From: Zygophlyctis sp. KS116
Taxonomy: Eukaryota; Fungi; Chytridiomycota
DNA: 9,383 nucleotides
Assembly: GCA_054661495.1 (NCBI GenBank)
Contig: BAAFSQ010000350.1
Location: 1 to 9,383, forward strand
Direction: 5' to 3'
Below are positions 6,859-9,383 of this stretch, one piece after another. The stretch's first letter is position 1. Each line of letters opens with the position of its first letter. The position numbers were made by a program, and so were the translations under genes. Below the pieces are notes generated by a model that made no database searches, was not told the DNA's origin, and was given only the letters and a program-made list of their open reading frames with translations.

Positions 6859-9099
6859 ATGGATGTCACTAAACTCAAGTCAATACAGGATTGGAAGTCT
6901 CCGGTGAACGTCAAGGAATTGCAATCATTCTTGGGACTCTGTAATTATTATCGAGACTTCATTCCTAGATTTTCAGATATAGCGGGCCCACTATATATGC
7001 TTACAAGGAAGGATTCTCCTTATTTATGGTCTTCAGAATGTCAGCAAGCTTTTGACTGTATCAAGTTATCCTTTCGCACCAATCGTGTTTTAATCCAGCC
7101 AGATAGAGCGAAACAGTTTTTCCTTGAATGTGATGCTTCTGATTATGCTTTAGGAGCAGTAATTAGCCAGCTGGACGACAATGGAAAATTGCGGCCTATC
7201 GGATTTTATTCTAGAAAATTTACCCCGGCAGAGGTCAACTATGAAATATACGACAAAGAGTTGTGGGCTATAATTGAAGGATTGAAAAATTGGAGGCATT
7301 ACTGTATTGGTACGGAATTGGCAGTAAAGGTGTTCACCGATCATAAAAACTTGAAATATTTCAGTTCTTCTCGGCATCTTAATCGCCGCCAAGCTAGATG
7401 GAGTCTTTTCTTGGCGGATTACAACTTTGAAATTATTGTCAGACCAGGAAAAGAACAGGTTGTATCTGACGCACTCTCTCGCCAGGAGTCATTACAAATA
7501 CAGCCCGAGGATGAAGAGTTCAAGGTCAACGAAAAGATATTGTTACCTGCAGATAAGTTTTTGAATAAGGGACGTAGTTCCGATTTTTTGCCAATGAAAT
7601 TAAAAGATAGTGCAAAACTAAATATGATGGAGGTTTCCGAGGATGATTCTGTTTTACCCTCAAATTCGGATTATGATGTCGCAGATTATCAATCCCTTGT
7701 AAGTGAAGAAACTGAATTTGACGAGGATAACGTCTCAGCAGTGGGTGACGTTAGCCAATATATGGAGTTGGAGGGACAAACTGCGAGCGATGATCCTCCC
7801 TGGTTTAAACGTTTGCTACAATATCTCTGGAACGGCGGCCTTCCCATGGTTTTGCCAATGCCCAGGCTCAAGAAAATCAAATCTTTGTCTAATTCCTTTA
7901 TCTTCAAAGACGATCGCCTTTATAGAAAAGTGAACAGAAATCAGCAGCTGTACCATGTCCCTTATGTGCCATTCGTTGAAAGAGATGCTATAATCAGTAA
8001 ATACCACTCAATTTTGGGACATATGCAAGTCAATACACTTCTGCCGTTACTTGAAATTCGCTATTACTGGCCATGTTTAGAGAATGATATTAAAAAGTTT
8101 CAGAATTCTTGTCCGCAGTGTCAGTTGAATAGTAGTTCACAAGCGATAGATCTCAGACCCCCTTCAGCCCCAGGTATTCCTTTCATGAAATGGGGCATTG
8201 ATTTCGTCCAAGATTTACCACCCGTGGACGAATATGGCAATTTGGTATCGGCAAATGGCTTCTGTAATATATTTTCAGCCCTTTGCTATGCTACAAAGAG
8301 GGTTATTTACGTTGCTACTAAAAATAGGGATGCCAAAACGGCAGCCGAGTGTATATTCCGTGAAATTGTGTGTAAGTATGGCAGCCCTGTTGAAATTGTC
8401 TCAGATCGGGGATTCATGGATACTGTTTTGCGTGAGTACATGAAAGTTTTGGAAATTCATCATTTACCCTCGGCTGCATATACGCCTAGGACGAATGGAC
8501 TGGATGAGCGGGGTCATAGAGATTTAAAGAATATTATCACTAAGCTAAGTAATGGGGACCCGAGAAAATGGATTAGGATTCTACCTTTGGCTGAATTCAT
8601 CATGAATGCAAGAATCAGTAACAGTACTGGATTTTCGGCTTACTTCTTAAGTCATGGATTCGAGCCTAGACTTCCAGCAGACGAACTACCGATGTTACCT
8701 CCTAACTTTTTTGATTTGACTGATTCTGTAGACGCTGCTAACTACTCCGCTCAAACACTTGCAAAGTTGGGGCAGAACAGGGCAGCTGCTCTTCAAAAGC
8801 TCAAGGTGCAAGCTATTAAGATGAAATTCTATTATGATCGTAAGGTAGGGGTGTCAGATCACGTTTGGAAAGATGGAGATGTGGTGAAGCTTAAAAATCA
8901 TTCTAAAAGTCGGTTCAAGTTTCCTTGGTTAGGCCCTTTTTGTGGTACATCATGGTCCGAATGACACCTATTTTTTGCAGCGACCCGATGGTAGACGATG
9001 GACATTAGTACTCCATTGAATCCCGACCATTTGGCTTCATACACTGAATTTGACGGTGAGTATTATTATGATGGGAATCATTCAAGCACCAGCAATTAA
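6859..9099 (+). pseudogene. pol: RT connection, RNase H, acidic linker and integrase, element 2; no chromodomain
   Basis: RNase H ECDASDYALG...YDKEL...TDHKNL; integrase YH...GH...CPQC, WGIDF, SDRG, TNGLDER, WLGPF. Beyond the called ORF, two frameshifts (~8941, ~9008) extend it: VVHHGPNDTYFLQRPDGRRWT / TPLNPDHLASYTEFDGEYYYDGNHSSTSN, stop 9097-9099. Confidence 0.93.
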
Positions 9100-9292
9100 A
9101 TATTCATACGAGTAAGTTTATTGAAAAATAGTTTTCGGAATTTCTTGGTTTCTCATGATGGAAAGAAATGATCTCTTTGGATAATGATGCTTCCTTAACG
9201 AGGTTTTGGTAGTTCAGATTCGATTTCCTCTTGGTTTTTATACACTTTTCCCAAGAGGTTTTTATCAGTAAATCTGGCCAAACAATTAATCT

Positions 9293-9307
9293 AAAAAGGG
9301 GAGGTGA
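9293..9307 (+). promoter_or_regulatory. Polypurine tract, element 2
   Basis: AAAAAGGGGAGGTGA directly before the 3' LTR TGTTAC. Confidence 0.9.
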
Positions 9308-9383
9308 TGTTACATTTCACATATTTCACAAGCTGCTTTCTAATGGATGTTACATTTCACATATTTCACAAGCTGCTTTCTAA
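9308..9383 (+). repeat. 3' LTR of element 2 (partial), made of a 40-bp tandem unit
   Basis: TGTTACATTTCACATATTTCACAAGCTGCTTTCTAATGGA followed by 36 nt of an identical second copy; matches the 5' LTR start. Confidence 0.93.

Larger units (their letters stand above)
4744..9383 (+). mobile_element. Ty3/gypsy LTR retrotransposon 2 (Tf1/Tf2-like RT and RNase H), near full length, defective; 3' LTR cut by the window end
   Basis: Direct terminal repeats start at 4744 and 9308; gag-PR-RT-RNaseH-IN order; PPT at 9293-9307. Confidence 0.96.

Noticed and set aside
1330-8443. Short antisense and alternate-frame ORFs (1330-1524, 3109-3291, 5199-5381, 5634-5855, 6102-6362, 7150-7392, 7689-7907, 7703-7933, 7816-8007, 8198-8443)
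   Set aside because: Shadow ORFs overlapping well-supported gag/pol frames, with no recognisable motifs.
9308-9383. No substitutions between the two LTRs of element 2 despite a damaged interior, suggesting recent mobilisation in trans
   Set aside because: Only 67 aligned nt are available and they are repetitive, too few to date the insertion.

Overview
Eukaryotic, AT-rich transposon graveyard, probably fungal or fungus-related (inference). From 5' to 3': (1) a Ty1/copia integrase-core fragment (3-186). (2) On the minus strand, and missed by the ORF track, a decayed gene (187-810) whose motif order resembles DUF3987/YfjI-family MCM-related AAA+ helicases; it appears to carry three GTA...TAG micro-introns of 24-32 nt. 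(3) A 44-bp shard of a Ty3/gypsy integrase (812-855). (4) Ty3/gypsy element 1 (852-4739), 5'-truncated, with gag, a -1 frameshift signal, a broken pol, a polypurine tract (PPT) and a 169-bp 3' LTR. (5) Only 4 bp later, a different Ty3/gypsy element 2 (4744 to window end) with a repeat-rich 289-bp 5' LTR, a candidate Tf1-type self-priming site, a decayed gag-pol, a PPT and the start of the 3' LTR. No intact host gene, RNA gene or CRISPR array is visible. All calls come from manual reading and motif recall; no searches were run.
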